A stretch of DNA of 64,000 nt from Thermoplasmatales archaeon SW_10_69_26 (GTDB lineage Archaea; Thermoplasmatota; SW-10-69-26). Location of the stretch: the NCBI GenBank assembly GCA_003009755.1, contig PXUB01000030.1, positions 36,638 to 100,637 on the forward strand, written 5' to 3'. Positions within the stretch are counted from its first letter, which is position 1, and each line of letters opens with the position of its first letter. The position numbers were made by a program, and so were the translations under genes. The notes beneath the pieces are model-generated. The model was not told the origin of the DNA. It saw only the letters and a program-made list of their open reading frames with translations, and did not search any database. Positions 19,362 through 28,380 of this stretch are shown here, piece after piece.

Positions 19362-20018
19362 ATGGCCGGCCAGGAGGACGTCGAGCAGTTCCTCTGGGAC
19401 CTCGAGCGGGAGCTGGCGCACCTCGACGGGGAGGAGCGACAGGAGCTGGTCAAGGAGGCCGAGGATCGGCTGCACGAGGTCGCCACGGCGATCGCCGAGG
19501 GCGAGGACGCCGACCGCGTCCGCTGGTTCCACTACGTGCAAGCCACGGCCGAGATCGGCCCGCCCGAGCGCCTGGCGGCCGAGCTCACCGGCGAACCGCT
19601 GCCGGACGACAGCCAGCGCCACGTCAAGCTCTGGGCGGCCGCCGGCGCGCTGGTCCTCGCCGTCGTCGGCATCGCCGCCTTCGCTTGGTTCACCACGGGA
19701 ACGCTCGTCCCGCTCGACGACTGGAGCGGGCAGGGCGAGGACCTGACCGAGCGCCGGACGTTCACGTTCGACGTGGCTCCCGAGGCGGACTCGGTGTTCC
19801 TCAGCCTCTCGTTCACGCCCACGCGCGACGGATCTACCGCCCAAATCACGGTGCTGGACGGTGACGCCGACGTCGTCTACGAGGCCGAAGCCTCGACCCA
19901 GCGCCAGATCCAGGACTCCGAGTTCCTGCAGGGGAGCTCGGGGACGTGGCGCGTGATCGTCGACTTCCAGTCCTACCACGGCCCCTGGAGCCTCGAAGCC
20001 CAACAGGAGATCGACTGA
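19362..20018 (+). CDS. HAAS/DUF1700-like helical domain, TM helix and extracellular beta domain
   Basis: FLWDLERELAHL..EERQELVKEAEDRLHE...IGPPERLAAEL pattern. Confidence 0.7.
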   Translation: MAGQEDVEQFLWDLERELAHLDGEERQELVKEAEDRLHEVATAIAEGEDADRVRWFHYVQATAEIGPPERLAAELTGEPLPDDSQRHVKLWAAAGALVLAVVGIAAFAWFTTGTLVPLDDWSGQGEDLTERRTFTFDVAPEADSVFLSLSFTPTRDGSTAQITVLDGDADVVYEAEASTQRQIQDSEFLQGSSGTWRVIVDFQSYHGPWSLEAQQEID

Positions 20019-20156
20019 TCTGGGGGGACTGGGGGAGCCCGGGACCGGGGGGAGCGGGGGAGCCTCCCCGGGGCGACAACCTAGGCCGTGGGCAACGCTT
20101 AATAGGGGGGACTTGGAGAGCTACGTTCGTCGCCGAAGGGGCGGCGGTGAGCGGCC

Positions 20157-20354
20157 ATGTACATCGAACCAGAGAAAGACGAGGACGAACAAGAGATCCG
20201 CGAGATGAAGGTCCGTATCCCCAGTGACTTCTACATGAAGCTTCACTCGCTGAAGCTTCTGACTGGGAAACAGATCTCCGAGGCGGTGACCGAAGCTCTC
20301 GACATGTACTTCACCGAGGAGAGCTTCAACAAGCGGGTCGAGAAGAACTCCTAG
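20157..20354 (+). CDS. Ribbon-helix-helix (CopG/MetJ-like) DNA-binding protein
   Basis: MKVRIP strand followed by two helices (ISEAVTEALDMYF); CTTAATA box upstream. Confidence 0.75.
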   Translation: MYIEPEKDEDEQEIREMKVRIPSDFYMKLHSLKLLTGKQISEAVTEALDMYFTEESFNKRVEKNS

Positions 20355-20383
20355 CTCCGGGTGCAGCATGGGCTCCGGCAGGG

Positions 20384-21463
20384 GTGGCGGAGCCGACCAC
20401 GGCGATCCGGGGACGAGACCGAACGCGTGACGCCGGTCCCCAGGGGCCGCGTCCTGTTCCTTTCCTCTTCCGAGCCGCGGCAAGCCACGGCTCAATCGCT
20501 GGCAGCGTCGGCGTCCACTTCGACGGTGAGCGTCGCGTTGCCGGGTGCATCGTGCCCGAGGACATGCCAGCCTTGCGTGAGGAGCTGGGCTATGCCTCCG
20601 TCGACCAGCCCGATCTCGTCGTCAAGGCTCGGGCATCCACGCAGACGCCCACCGTCGACGAAGCGGTCGAGCTCACGGCCGAGACCGAGGGCCTGCCGAT
20701 CGATGCCGCCGAGATCACATGGGACGTCAATGGGACCACGCACGAGGGCCCCGCCGTCGAGACGAGCTTCGCCGACGCCGGCGCGCACCCGGTCACCGTG
20801 GAGGCCTCGGGCCCTAACGGGACGCAGGCGACCGACGCCATCGAGATCCAGGTCCAAGCCAACCAGCCGCCCGAGGCCGCCGTGAGCATCGACGCCGAGC
20901 AGCTGCAAGCCGGGGAGACCGTCGCGATCCGCGCCGAGGCGTCCACCGATCCCGACGGCGACGAGCTCACCTACGAGTGGCGGGTCGACGACGAACCCGT
21001 CGACGCCGGCCCGGTCCTCGAGACCAAGCTCCGCGCCGGCCCCCACATCGTAGCGGTGACGGTCACCGACGGCTACGCCGAGGACACCGCCGAGCGAACG
21101 TTCGCCGTCGACGATCGGTTCCGCCACCAGGCCAACCTGTCGCTGACGGACAGCTCCACGCAGTTCCCCGTCTCCGTCGCCGACGGTCTCGCCGAGGCCG
21201 AGATCACCCTCACCCACTCGACGACGCAGGGGGCGGACACCGTCAACCTCACGCTGCAGGACGACGACGGGGCGGCGATCGCCAACGTCGTCACCGATCC
21301 CGAACCCGGCAGCGACGAGGCCCGGGCCCAGCTCGTGCTCGATGGGGGCCAGCTCGCCGCCGAACCGCACACCCTGATCGTCGAGCTCGACCAGGGCTCG
21401 GAAACGATGGCCACCATCGAAGGAGTTTTCACCTACTCGCCGTTACCCTCGACTCCCGGATAG
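20384..21463 (+). CDS. PKD-domain protein, probable lipoprotein; true start uncertain
   Basis: Two PKD repeats (NQPPEA, STDPDGDELTYEW); VAGC lipobox-like motif without an upstream hydrophobic core. Confidence 0.7.
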   Translation: MAEPTTAIRGRDRTRDAGPQGPRPVPFLFRAAASHGSIAGSVGVHFDGERRVAGCIVPEDMPALREELGYASVDQPDLVVKARASTQTPTVDEAVELTAETEGLPIDAAEITWDVNGTTHEGPAVETSFADAGAHPVTVEASGPNGTQATDAIEIQVQANQPPEAAVSIDAEQLQAGETVAIRAEASTDPDGDELTYEWRVDDEPVDAGPVLETKLRAGPHIVAVTVTDGYAEDTAERTFAVDDRFRHQANLSLTDSSTQFPVSVADGLAEAEITLTHSTTQGADTVNLTLQDDDGAAIANVVTDPEPGSDEARAQLVLDGGQLAAEPHTLIVELDQGSETMATIEGVFTYSPLPSTPG

Positions 21464-21475
21464 GCAGGTGGCCTC

Positions 21476-23515
21476 TTGGCCTCCGACGAGGACGAGGACA
21501 TCGACGACGTCGACGAGGAGCTCGCCCGCATCGAGGAGCAACTGCAGGAGCTCGATCGGAAGGCGAGCCCGGAGGCTCCGGACCCCGAGCCCGAGGACGT
21601 CGACGCTCCCGCCCCCGAGGAAGCCTTCGAGGGCGAACCCGACGTCGACGAGGACGACGGCCGCCTGTCCCAGCTTTTCGACCGCTTCCGCGCCGACGAC
21701 GACGAGCCCACCGACGAGACGTCGGGGGACGCCGACGAGGGGGATGGCGGCGGGCTCGGTTTCTTCTCCGACGACGAGGACACCGACCCCGACGAGACCG
21801 ACGACTCGCCCACCGACGAGGCCTCCCCGGCCGACACCGACACGGTGCCCGACGAGGACGGCTCCCGGCAGACCGAGGACCCGGTCGTCGACGACGATCC
21901 CCGCGGGGACGCCAGCGAGGAGCCTGTCGACGAACCCGACGAGGAGCCGGGCTCCGCGGACGAGATCGACGAGGCCGACGACACCGGGACCGACGAGGAG
22001 GACGCCGACGACGACGGCTTCCTCGGTGGCCTGACCTCCCGCTTCGCCTCGGACGAGGAACCCGAGGACGAGCAAGCCGAGGTCGAAGACGCCGAAGCCG
22101 ACGGGACCGACGCCGACGACGAAGCGGACGATGGGTCCACCGGCCCCTTCGGCCTCCTCTCCGGCTCCGACGACGAGAACGAGGACGAGGAGACCGAACG
22201 CGACGAGCCGGCCGAGAACCCCGAGCCGTCCGACGACGCCAACGAAGACGACGAGGCGACCGTGGCCCCCGCGGCCGCCACGGCCGGCGACGCCGAGGAC
22301 GACCCAACCGACGATGGTGCCGACCCCCCCGAGGAGCCGGCCACCGCCGCCTCCGAGGACGAGGAGGACGAGAAGCCACGGGCCTCCGCCCTCCTGGCTC
22401 GCTTCCAAGGCGGCTCGGGCGACCCCGACGATCCCGCGGCCGAGGACGAGGACGACGACGATGGTGGCGGGATCCTCGTCCCCGCCCTGATCGCCATCCT
22501 GCTGCTGGCCGGCTTGGCCGCCGGCGCCTACTTCCTGGTTCCCGGATCCTCGACCGGCGACGACCTCGACGCCGCGCTGGTCGCCGACTCCTTCACCGAC
22601 GACGGCGGCAGCTACGTCGCCACCACCGGCGAGCCGATCACGCTCGACGCCACCGCCAGCACAGGCTCGATCGACAGCTACGTCTGGAGCTTCGGCGACG
22701 GCAGCGAGGAGACGACGAACGAGCCCACCGTCGAACACACCTACCGGGAGCGCGGCACGTACACGGTCGAGCTCGCCGTCGAGAACGGCGACGGTCAGGC
22801 CGAGACCACGATCGAGGTGACGGTCGTCGACCCGCCGAGCGCCACGGCCAGCGCCCGCCTCGGCGGCGAGGCCGTCGCCGAGCCCGGCACGGTCGGCAAC
22901 AACGTGTTCGTCGGCGACGGCCTCACCCTCGATGCCAGCGCCTCCAGCGCCGATCCCGACCGGTCGCTGTCCGGCTACGAGTGGGACGTCGACGGCGACG
23001 GCGAGACCGACGCCAACGGCCCCAACGTCGAAGTCACCCTGGACGATGTGGGCCGCTGGACGCCGACCCTCACCGTCCGCGACGACCTCGGCAACGAGGA
23101 CACGACGAGCCTGCCGGTGCACGTCTCCGACCGACGCACCCTCGAGGACACGCTGGGCCCCAGCTCCACCGAGGCCGACACCGACTCCTACCCCCTCCAG
23201 GTCGATCTCGGCCGGCAACAGGCCCGCCCGATCCAGCTCGGGCTCGAGCTCACCTACAACGCCTCCGGCAACGACACCGGCGACGTCCCCGTCCAACCGA
23301 TGGTCGAGCCGGATCTGGACCTCAACGTCACCGACCCCGAGGGGACCGTCTTCCAGGCCGACGACGACGAGGGCGAGGGCGCCGAGTCCCTGACCGTCGC
23401 CGGCGAGGATCTGGCCAACCTCGGCGAGTGGAACGTCACCGTCGCCCAAGACAGCCAGAACGCCGGCACGGCCAGCGAGGCCGAGTACGAGCTGACGATC
23501 CGCCGCCTGTACTGA
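21476..23515 (+). CDS. Membrane protein with about 330-aa hyperacidic disordered N-terminus, one TM and two PKD domains
   Basis: TTG start after AGGTGG; D/E-rich tract; ILVPALIAILLLAGLAAGAYFLV; WSFGDG and WDVDGDG. Confidence 0.82.
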   Translation: MASDEDEDIDDVDEELARIEEQLQELDRKASPEAPDPEPEDVDAPAPEEAFEGEPDVDEDDGRLSQLFDRFRADDDEPTDETSGDADEGDGGGLGFFSDDEDTDPDETDDSPTDEASPADTDTVPDEDGSRQTEDPVVDDDPRGDASEEPVDEPDEEPGSADEIDEADDTGTDEEDADDDGFLGGLTSRFASDEEPEDEQAEVEDAEADGTDADDEADDGSTGPFGLLSGSDDENEDEETERDEPAENPEPSDDANEDDEATVAPAAATAGDAEDDPTDDGADPPEEPATAASEDEEDEKPRASALLARFQGGSGDPDDPAAEDEDDDDGGGILVPALIAILLLAGLAAGAYFLVPGSSTGDDLDAALVADSFTDDGGSYVATTGEPITLDATASTGSIDSYVWSFGDGSEETTNEPTVEHTYRERGTYTVELAVENGDGQAETTIEVTVVDPPSATASARLGGEAVAEPGTVGNNVFVGDGLTLDASASSADPDRSLSGYEWDVDGDGETDANGPNVEVTLDDVGRWTPTLTVRDDLGNEDTTSLPVHVSDRRTLEDTLGPSSTEADTDSYPLQVDLGRQQARPIQLGLELTYNASGNDTGDVPVQPMVEPDLDLNVTDPEGTVFQADDDEGEGAESLTVAGEDLANLGEWNVTVAQDSQNAGTASEAEYELTIRRLY

Positions 23516-23576
23516 GCGGGCCGACGGTCGGCCCTGGCAGTCACCTTCATAGGTGGGGAGTCCGTGGCCTACCTAG

Positions 23577-24908
23577 ATGAGCGAGGACCGCAGCTGGCTG
23601 GACTACTACACCAGCCCGTGGCTGGGGTTGGCCCTGCTGCTGACGGGCTTGTCGCTCGGAACCTGGGCTTCCGGGCTCGTCACTCCCGTGCAGGACACTG
23701 TGGACTACCTGATCACCGGACTGAACACAGCTGCTCCGTACATCATCCTCTTCACCGTTCTCCCCGCGCTCGTCGACCTCTTCGATACGGCGGGCGGACG
23801 GGCTCCGCTCATCGTGCTCCTCCTCTTCCTCGGCTCGTCGGTGACCGCTGGCCTCTTCGGGCTTGCCGTCTCCGGCTTGGCCTTCCAGCTCCCGCTGGCG
23901 GGTGGCAGCGGAGGGGGCTTCCTGAGCGTTCTCGTCGAGAACCTGACGCAGCTGTCGGCGGCTCCTGCGATCATCGCCGTCTTCTGGGCCTTCGCCAGCG
24001 CGATCGTCCTCCACCTCCTGATCGTGGTCGACCGGAAGACCGCTGACGATGGGCTGTTGGCCGGCGTCGTCGGGCCGCTGGGGTACTTCGCCCGTCAGAC
24101 GCGACGGATCTTCTTGATCATCTTCGAAAAGGGAGTGGATCGCTTGGGGGGCCTGCTCGAGTACACGATCCCGATCCTCCTCTTCTCGATCGGGACCTAC
24201 GTCCCCGTCTCCGTCCAAGATGCATCACAACGGGCCGCCGAGGCCAGCGAGGGTTTCAACGCCGTCGCCTGGTACCTGGGAACGGCCGCGCTGGTCGCCG
24301 GGGCCACCCTCGTGTTCCTGGCGCTCGTCGGCGTCCTGGCCATCAAGCTCGCCGGTCGTGACCCCGGCAGGGCGTTCCGCGAGTACGTGGTCCCCGTCTA
24401 CGCCTTCGCCTGGTCGTCGGTCTCCAGCACCGCCACGATCCCGATCAACCTCGAGAAGGCCGACGAGGGGCTCGACGCCCGGGAGTCCACGCGCGGGTTC
24501 GTCATCCCGCTTGGCGCCACGATCAACCTCGACGGCACGCTCATCGCTTCGATGCTCATCACGCCCGTCGTCGCGGAAGCGATCGGACTGGGCCTCACCT
24601 TCCCCGAGCTGGCCGCCACGCTGCTCCCGCTGCTCGTCATGACCGTCGGCGCCCCCGGGCTCCCCGCCGGCATGTCGTTCCTCGCGCCACCCGTCATCGC
24701 GGCCGTGCTCGGCCTCTCCGGCGCCGTCGAAGAGGCCTTCATCGGGGTCTGGTTCGCGTTCAGCCTCGGCCTGGCCGACCAGTTCCGCACCGGCGTCAAC
24801 AGCGTCAACAACGGCTTCATCACGCTGATCGCCGAGCGCATCCTCTACGGCCCGCCCAGCGAGGTCGACACGACGACCGCCGAGGACCCCGAGCCGACGC
24901 CGGCGTGA
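23577..24908 (+). CDS. Dicarboxylate/amino acid:cation symporter (DAACS, GltP-like)
   Basis: SSTATIP, GATINLDGT and DQFRTGVN motifs. Confidence 0.88.
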   Translation: MSEDRSWLDYYTSPWLGLALLLTGLSLGTWASGLVTPVQDTVDYLITGLNTAAPYIILFTVLPALVDLFDTAGGRAPLIVLLLFLGSSVTAGLFGLAVSGLAFQLPLAGGSGGGFLSVLVENLTQLSAAPAIIAVFWAFASAIVLHLLIVVDRKTADDGLLAGVVGPLGYFARQTRRIFLIIFEKGVDRLGGLLEYTIPILLFSIGTYVPVSVQDASQRAAEASEGFNAVAWYLGTAALVAGATLVFLALVGVLAIKLAGRDPGRAFREYVVPVYAFAWSSVSSTATIPINLEKADEGLDARESTRGFVIPLGATINLDGTLIASMLITPVVAEAIGLGLTFPELAATLLPLLVMTVGAPGLPAGMSFLAPPVIAAVLGLSGAVEEAFIGVWFAFSLGLADQFRTGVNSVNNGFITLIAERILYGPPSEVDTTTAEDPEPTPA

Positions 24909-25020
24909 GGCGGGGTTCGCGGCGGACGACCCAGAGGCACCCTTGGGGTATCCCGATGCAGACCAAGGCAGCTGACGTCCGCCGATCGGGCCAACCCGGT
25001 GGTGGGGGAACCCAGGCGAG

Positions 25021-25500
25021 CTACCCGTCGAGGAACTTCTCCATCGTCCACTCGGCGTGCTCGAGGCCGGCGTCCTCGTACATCTGTTCGACCTCGGGCA
25101 GCCACGAGAGGACGTCCACGCGGTAGTAGGGGAGGTCCTTGCCCTCGAACCAGGCTTCGGCAGCCTGCAACAGCATGCGGCCCACGCCCTTGCCGCGGTG
25201 ACCCTCCTTGACGAAGTGGCCGTAGACGTGGCCGTGCTTGGAGACCTTGAACACCGGGTGACCGCCGGTGATGCGGGCTTCGATCACGCCGACGAGCTCC
25301 TCGTCGTCCTCGGCGACGAACAGGGTGGCGTGCTCGGCGTCGACCATCCGGTTCAGGAAGTAGTCCCGCCACTTCCCGTAGGCGCCCTCGCGGGCCTCGT
25401 AGCGGTCGTCTGTGGGCGCCAGGAAGCCGACGAAGCTCTTCCAGAGGTCCACGATATCGTCGGCGTCTGCTTCCTCGGCGGGACGGACGATGACCGACAC
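25021..25500 (-). CDS. GNAT acetyltransferase
   Basis: VRPAEEAD start; V..GHRGKGVGRML acetyl-CoA motif A. Confidence 0.88.
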   Translation of the reverse strand: MSVIVRPAEEADADDIVDLWKSFVGFLAPTDDRYEAREGAYGKWRDYFLNRMVDAEHATLFVAEDDEELVGVIEARITGGHPVFKVSKHGHVYGHFVKEGHRGKGVGRMLLQAAEAWFEGKDLPYYRVDVLSWLPEVEQMYEDAGLEHAEWTMEKFLDG

Positions 25501-25647
25501 GCCGTCGGCAACCGGACGCCCCGTCAAGAGGTTACCGGAGCTTCGACGTGCCCGTCGACGGCGACCGCGCCGACACGGGCCCGGCGACGGTAGCTCTGCG
25601 CGAGGATTCAACCGCGCCTAAGATCGGTAACACTGGGGCCTAGGCCG

Positions 25648-25740
25648 CTGGCGAGGGGGGTTTCTTTCTTCGCGACCGTTTTTCTTTGTCCCCCTCGCCA
25701 GGCGAGAAGGCCCCGTAGAAAGAAAGAGGGTCGAAGAGAG
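25648..25740 (+). repeat. Dispersed structured intergenic repeat (pseudoknot-capable), copy 1
   Basis: Stem ctggcgaggggg/ccccctcgccag; loop cgaccgtttttcttt complementary to downstream aaagaaagagggtcg. Confidence 0.8.
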
Positions 25741-26088
25741 GAAGAACGAGCGGACGAGGGGGCGAGGATCCGATGAAGAGGTGTTGCCGAGGTGTTGCCG
25801 AACCCACACACGCCCGGCCTCGTCCGCTTCACGCCCAACGTCCCCGCGGGCCCATATCAATCGTCTCGTGAAGCCGTATTCGCGTCGTCGAACAGGCGTT
25901 GGTCGGGCCTGTCAGGCGATGTGGCGGGTCGCCTGCGGGTCGGCGGCACGCGTACCCGACGGCTGCCCCGTCGAGGCGGACAGAGGGAGCTCGCGGGCGG
26001 GGCCGGCTCCCTCAGCGCGTGGGTCCGACGGACTGACGGGTCCCGTGAAAGATAAGCCTCTTATCAACCGGCACCGGTAGTTGGCCTG

Positions 26089-27432
26089 ATGACAGGCCCG
26101 GGGGTGCGGATGCCCGACGCGGGGGACGAGCCGGCGTTGCGGAAGACGATCCGGCAGCGGCTCGCCGACACGCGATCGCGGACGCTGGCGTTCCTGGACG
26201 CGATGCAGGACGAGCACCTCCACGGGCAACCCGAGCCCACGATGGGGGTCCCTGCCTGGGACGTCGGCCACATCGGCTGCTTCGAGCACCGCTGGCTCGT
26301 CGACGAGCTCGGCGGCGAGGAGGTCGAGCCCGAGCTGCTGGCGCTGTTCGATCCCATCGAGCATCCCCGCAGCGAGCGTGGCGGGATCGAGATCGGCTCC
26401 CGGGAGGAACTGTTGGGCTTCCTGGCGGACGTGCGCTCGGCCAGCCTCGCCAGGCTGGAGGAGACACAGCTCGACGGGAGCCAGCGGCTGACCCGCGACG
26501 GGTTCGTGCACGACATGGTCGTCCGCCACGAGGACCAGCACCGCGAGACGGTGCTGGCGACCCTCCAGATGTTCGGCGGATCCGACACCGAGCCCTACGA
26601 GCTGCCCGACCCACGCGAGCTGCCCGAGGCCTCGCGGGACGTCGACGGCATGGTCGAGGTGCCCGAGACGACGTTCACGCTGGGCGCCCAGCCCCAGGTG
26701 GGCACCTACGATGCCGAGTGGCCCGTCCAGGAGGTCGACCTCGACGCCTTCGCGATCGATCGCGCCCCGGTGACGAACGCCGAGTTCCTCGCCTTCGTCG
26801 AGGACGGCGGTTACGACGATCCCGAGCACTGGAGCGAGGATGGCTGGATGATCCGGGAAGCCCTCGACCGGGAGCACCCCAAGTACTGGACGCACACCGG
26901 CGAGGGTTGGCGCGTGCGCCGCTACGACCGGACCCAACCCCTCCCACCCGAGGAACCCGTCGTGCACGTCAGCTACTACGAGGCCGAGGCCTACGCGAAC
27001 TGGGCCGGCAAGCGTCTGCCCACGGAGGCCGAGTGGGAGGCAGCCGCCGGCGTCGACCCCGACACCGGCACCAAGCACCGGTTCCCGTGGGGCGAGGAGG
27101 CCTGGACGGCCGGCAAGGCCAACCTCGGGCAGCGCTCGGGCCGCCCGGCGCCGGTCGGCGCCTATCCCGAGGGGGTCTCCCCGGCCGGCTGCCACCAGAT
27201 GGTCGGCGACGTCTGGGAGTGGACCTCGACCGAGTTCACCGGCTACCCCGGGTTCGAGGCGTTCCCCTACCCCGAGTACGCCGCCGAGCACGTAGACCAC
27301 GGGTTCCAAGTGTTGCGCGGCGGCTCGTGGGCTACGATGCCGTCCTGCGCGCACGTCACCTTCCGCAACTGGCACCAGCCGGACCACCAGCAGATCTTCG
27401 CCGGCTTCCGCTGCGCGAGGGACCTCGCGTGA
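26089..27432 (+). CDS. egtB: Ergothioneine sulfoxide synthase (DinB plus FGE-sulfatase domains)
   Basis: WDVGH and HEDQHRE iron ligands, RLPTEAEWE, GDVWEW, RGGSW; overlaps egtD. Confidence 0.88.
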   Translation: MTGPGVRMPDAGDEPALRKTIRQRLADTRSRTLAFLDAMQDEHLHGQPEPTMGVPAWDVGHIGCFEHRWLVDELGGEEVEPELLALFDPIEHPRSERGGIEIGSREELLGFLADVRSASLARLEETQLDGSQRLTRDGFVHDMVVRHEDQHRETVLATLQMFGGSDTEPYELPDPRELPEASRDVDGMVEVPETTFTLGAQPQVGTYDAEWPVQEVDLDAFAIDRAPVTNAEFLAFVEDGGYDDPEHWSEDGWMIREALDREHPKYWTHTGEGWRVRRYDRTQPLPPEEPVVHVSYYEAEAYANWAGKRLPTEAEWEAAAGVDPDTGTKHRFPWGEEAWTAGKANLGQRSGRPAPVGAYPEGVSPAGCHQMVGDVWEWTSTEFTGYPGFEAFPYPEYAAEHVDHGFQVLRGGSWATMPSCAHVTFRNWHQPDHQQIFAGFRCARDLA

Positions 27433-28376
27433 GCGAACCCGACACGCTTGGCGAGGCCGTCCGTCGGGGCTTCACCGCCGATCCCAAGCGCGTCAACTCG
27501 CGCTGGCTGTACGACGATCGCGGCTCGCGGCTGTTCGAGGAGATCACCGAGCTCCCCGAGTACTACCTCACCGACTGCGAGCGCGAGATCTTCCGCGAGC
27601 ACGCGGACGACGTCGTCGACCGATGCCCGCCGGGGACCGAGCTCGTCGAGCTGGGGGCCGGCAGCGCCGAGAAGACCCGCCACCTGTTGTCGGCCCTCAA
27701 GCGACGCCAAGGGTCCACCACGTACGGCCCGATCGACATCAGTCGCGAAGCCCTCGACATGGCCGTCCAGCGGTTCGCCGACGACGACGCGATCGAGGTC
27801 CACCCGATCGAGGCCAGCTTCACCGAGGGGCTGGCCAAGCTCGGCCACGACCCCGCGACCCCGCGCCTCATCGCGTTCATCGGGTCCAGCATCGGCAACA
27901 TGACGCCCGAGGCCCAGCGGTCGCTTCTCCGGGAGGTCCGCCGCCACCTGGGCGAGGAGGACCGGTTCCTGCTCGGCACCGACCTCCGCAAGGACGAGGC
28001 CCCGATGCTTTCGGCCTACGACGACAGCCAGGGCGTCACCGCCGAGTTCACGCTGAACCTGCTGCGCCGCGTCAACCGCGAGCTCGACGCCGAGTTCGAC
28101 CTCGGCGCCTTCGAGCACGTCGTCCGCTTCGACGAGGAGAAGAGCGCGATCGAGAGCTACCTGGAGAGCCAGCGCGACCAGACCATCGCGATCGACGCGA
28201 TTGATCTCACCGTGACCTTCGACGAGGGCGAGCGGATCCACGTCGAGGACGCCTACAAGTACACCGACGAGATGCTGGCCGCTCTCTTCGCGGACACCGG
28301 GCTCGAGCGGCGGGCGAGCTGGATCGACGAGGACGGCTGGTTCGCGGTGCACCTGCTGGCCGCCGACGAGCGCTGA
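27429..28376 (+). CDS. egtD: L-histidine N-alpha-methyltransferase
   Basis: LYDDRGSRLFEEITELPEYY, ELGAGSAEKT, GSSIGN and AYDDSQGVTAEF motifs; GTGA overlap with egtB. Confidence 0.92.
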   Translation: MSEPDTLGEAVRRGFTADPKRVNSRWLYDDRGSRLFEEITELPEYYLTDCEREIFREHADDVVDRCPPGTELVELGAGSAEKTRHLLSALKRRQGSTTYGPIDISREALDMAVQRFADDDAIEVHPIEASFTEGLAKLGHDPATPRLIAFIGSSIGNMTPEAQRSLLREVRRHLGEEDRFLLGTDLRKDEAPMLSAYDDSQGVTAEFTLNLLRRVNRELDAEFDLGAFEHVVRFDEEKSAIESYLESQRDQTIAIDAIDLTVTFDEGERIHVEDAYKYTDEMLAALFADTGLERRASWIDEDGWFAVHLLAADER

Positions 28377-28380
28377 CCGC

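Noticed and set aside
20361-20560. Frameshift hiding a signal peptide for the PKD lipoprotein
   Set aside because: No frame gives a hydrophobic core upstream of VAGC, so a simple frameshift does not explain it; the start is left uncertain.
25778-25799. 11-bp tandem duplication gaggtgttgcc x2
   Set aside because: A single duplication, compatible with slippage; no supporting context.
26089-27432. Selenoneine (SenA) cluster
   Set aside because: No senB glycosyltransferase or selD/senC adjacent; cannot be fully excluded without phylogeny.
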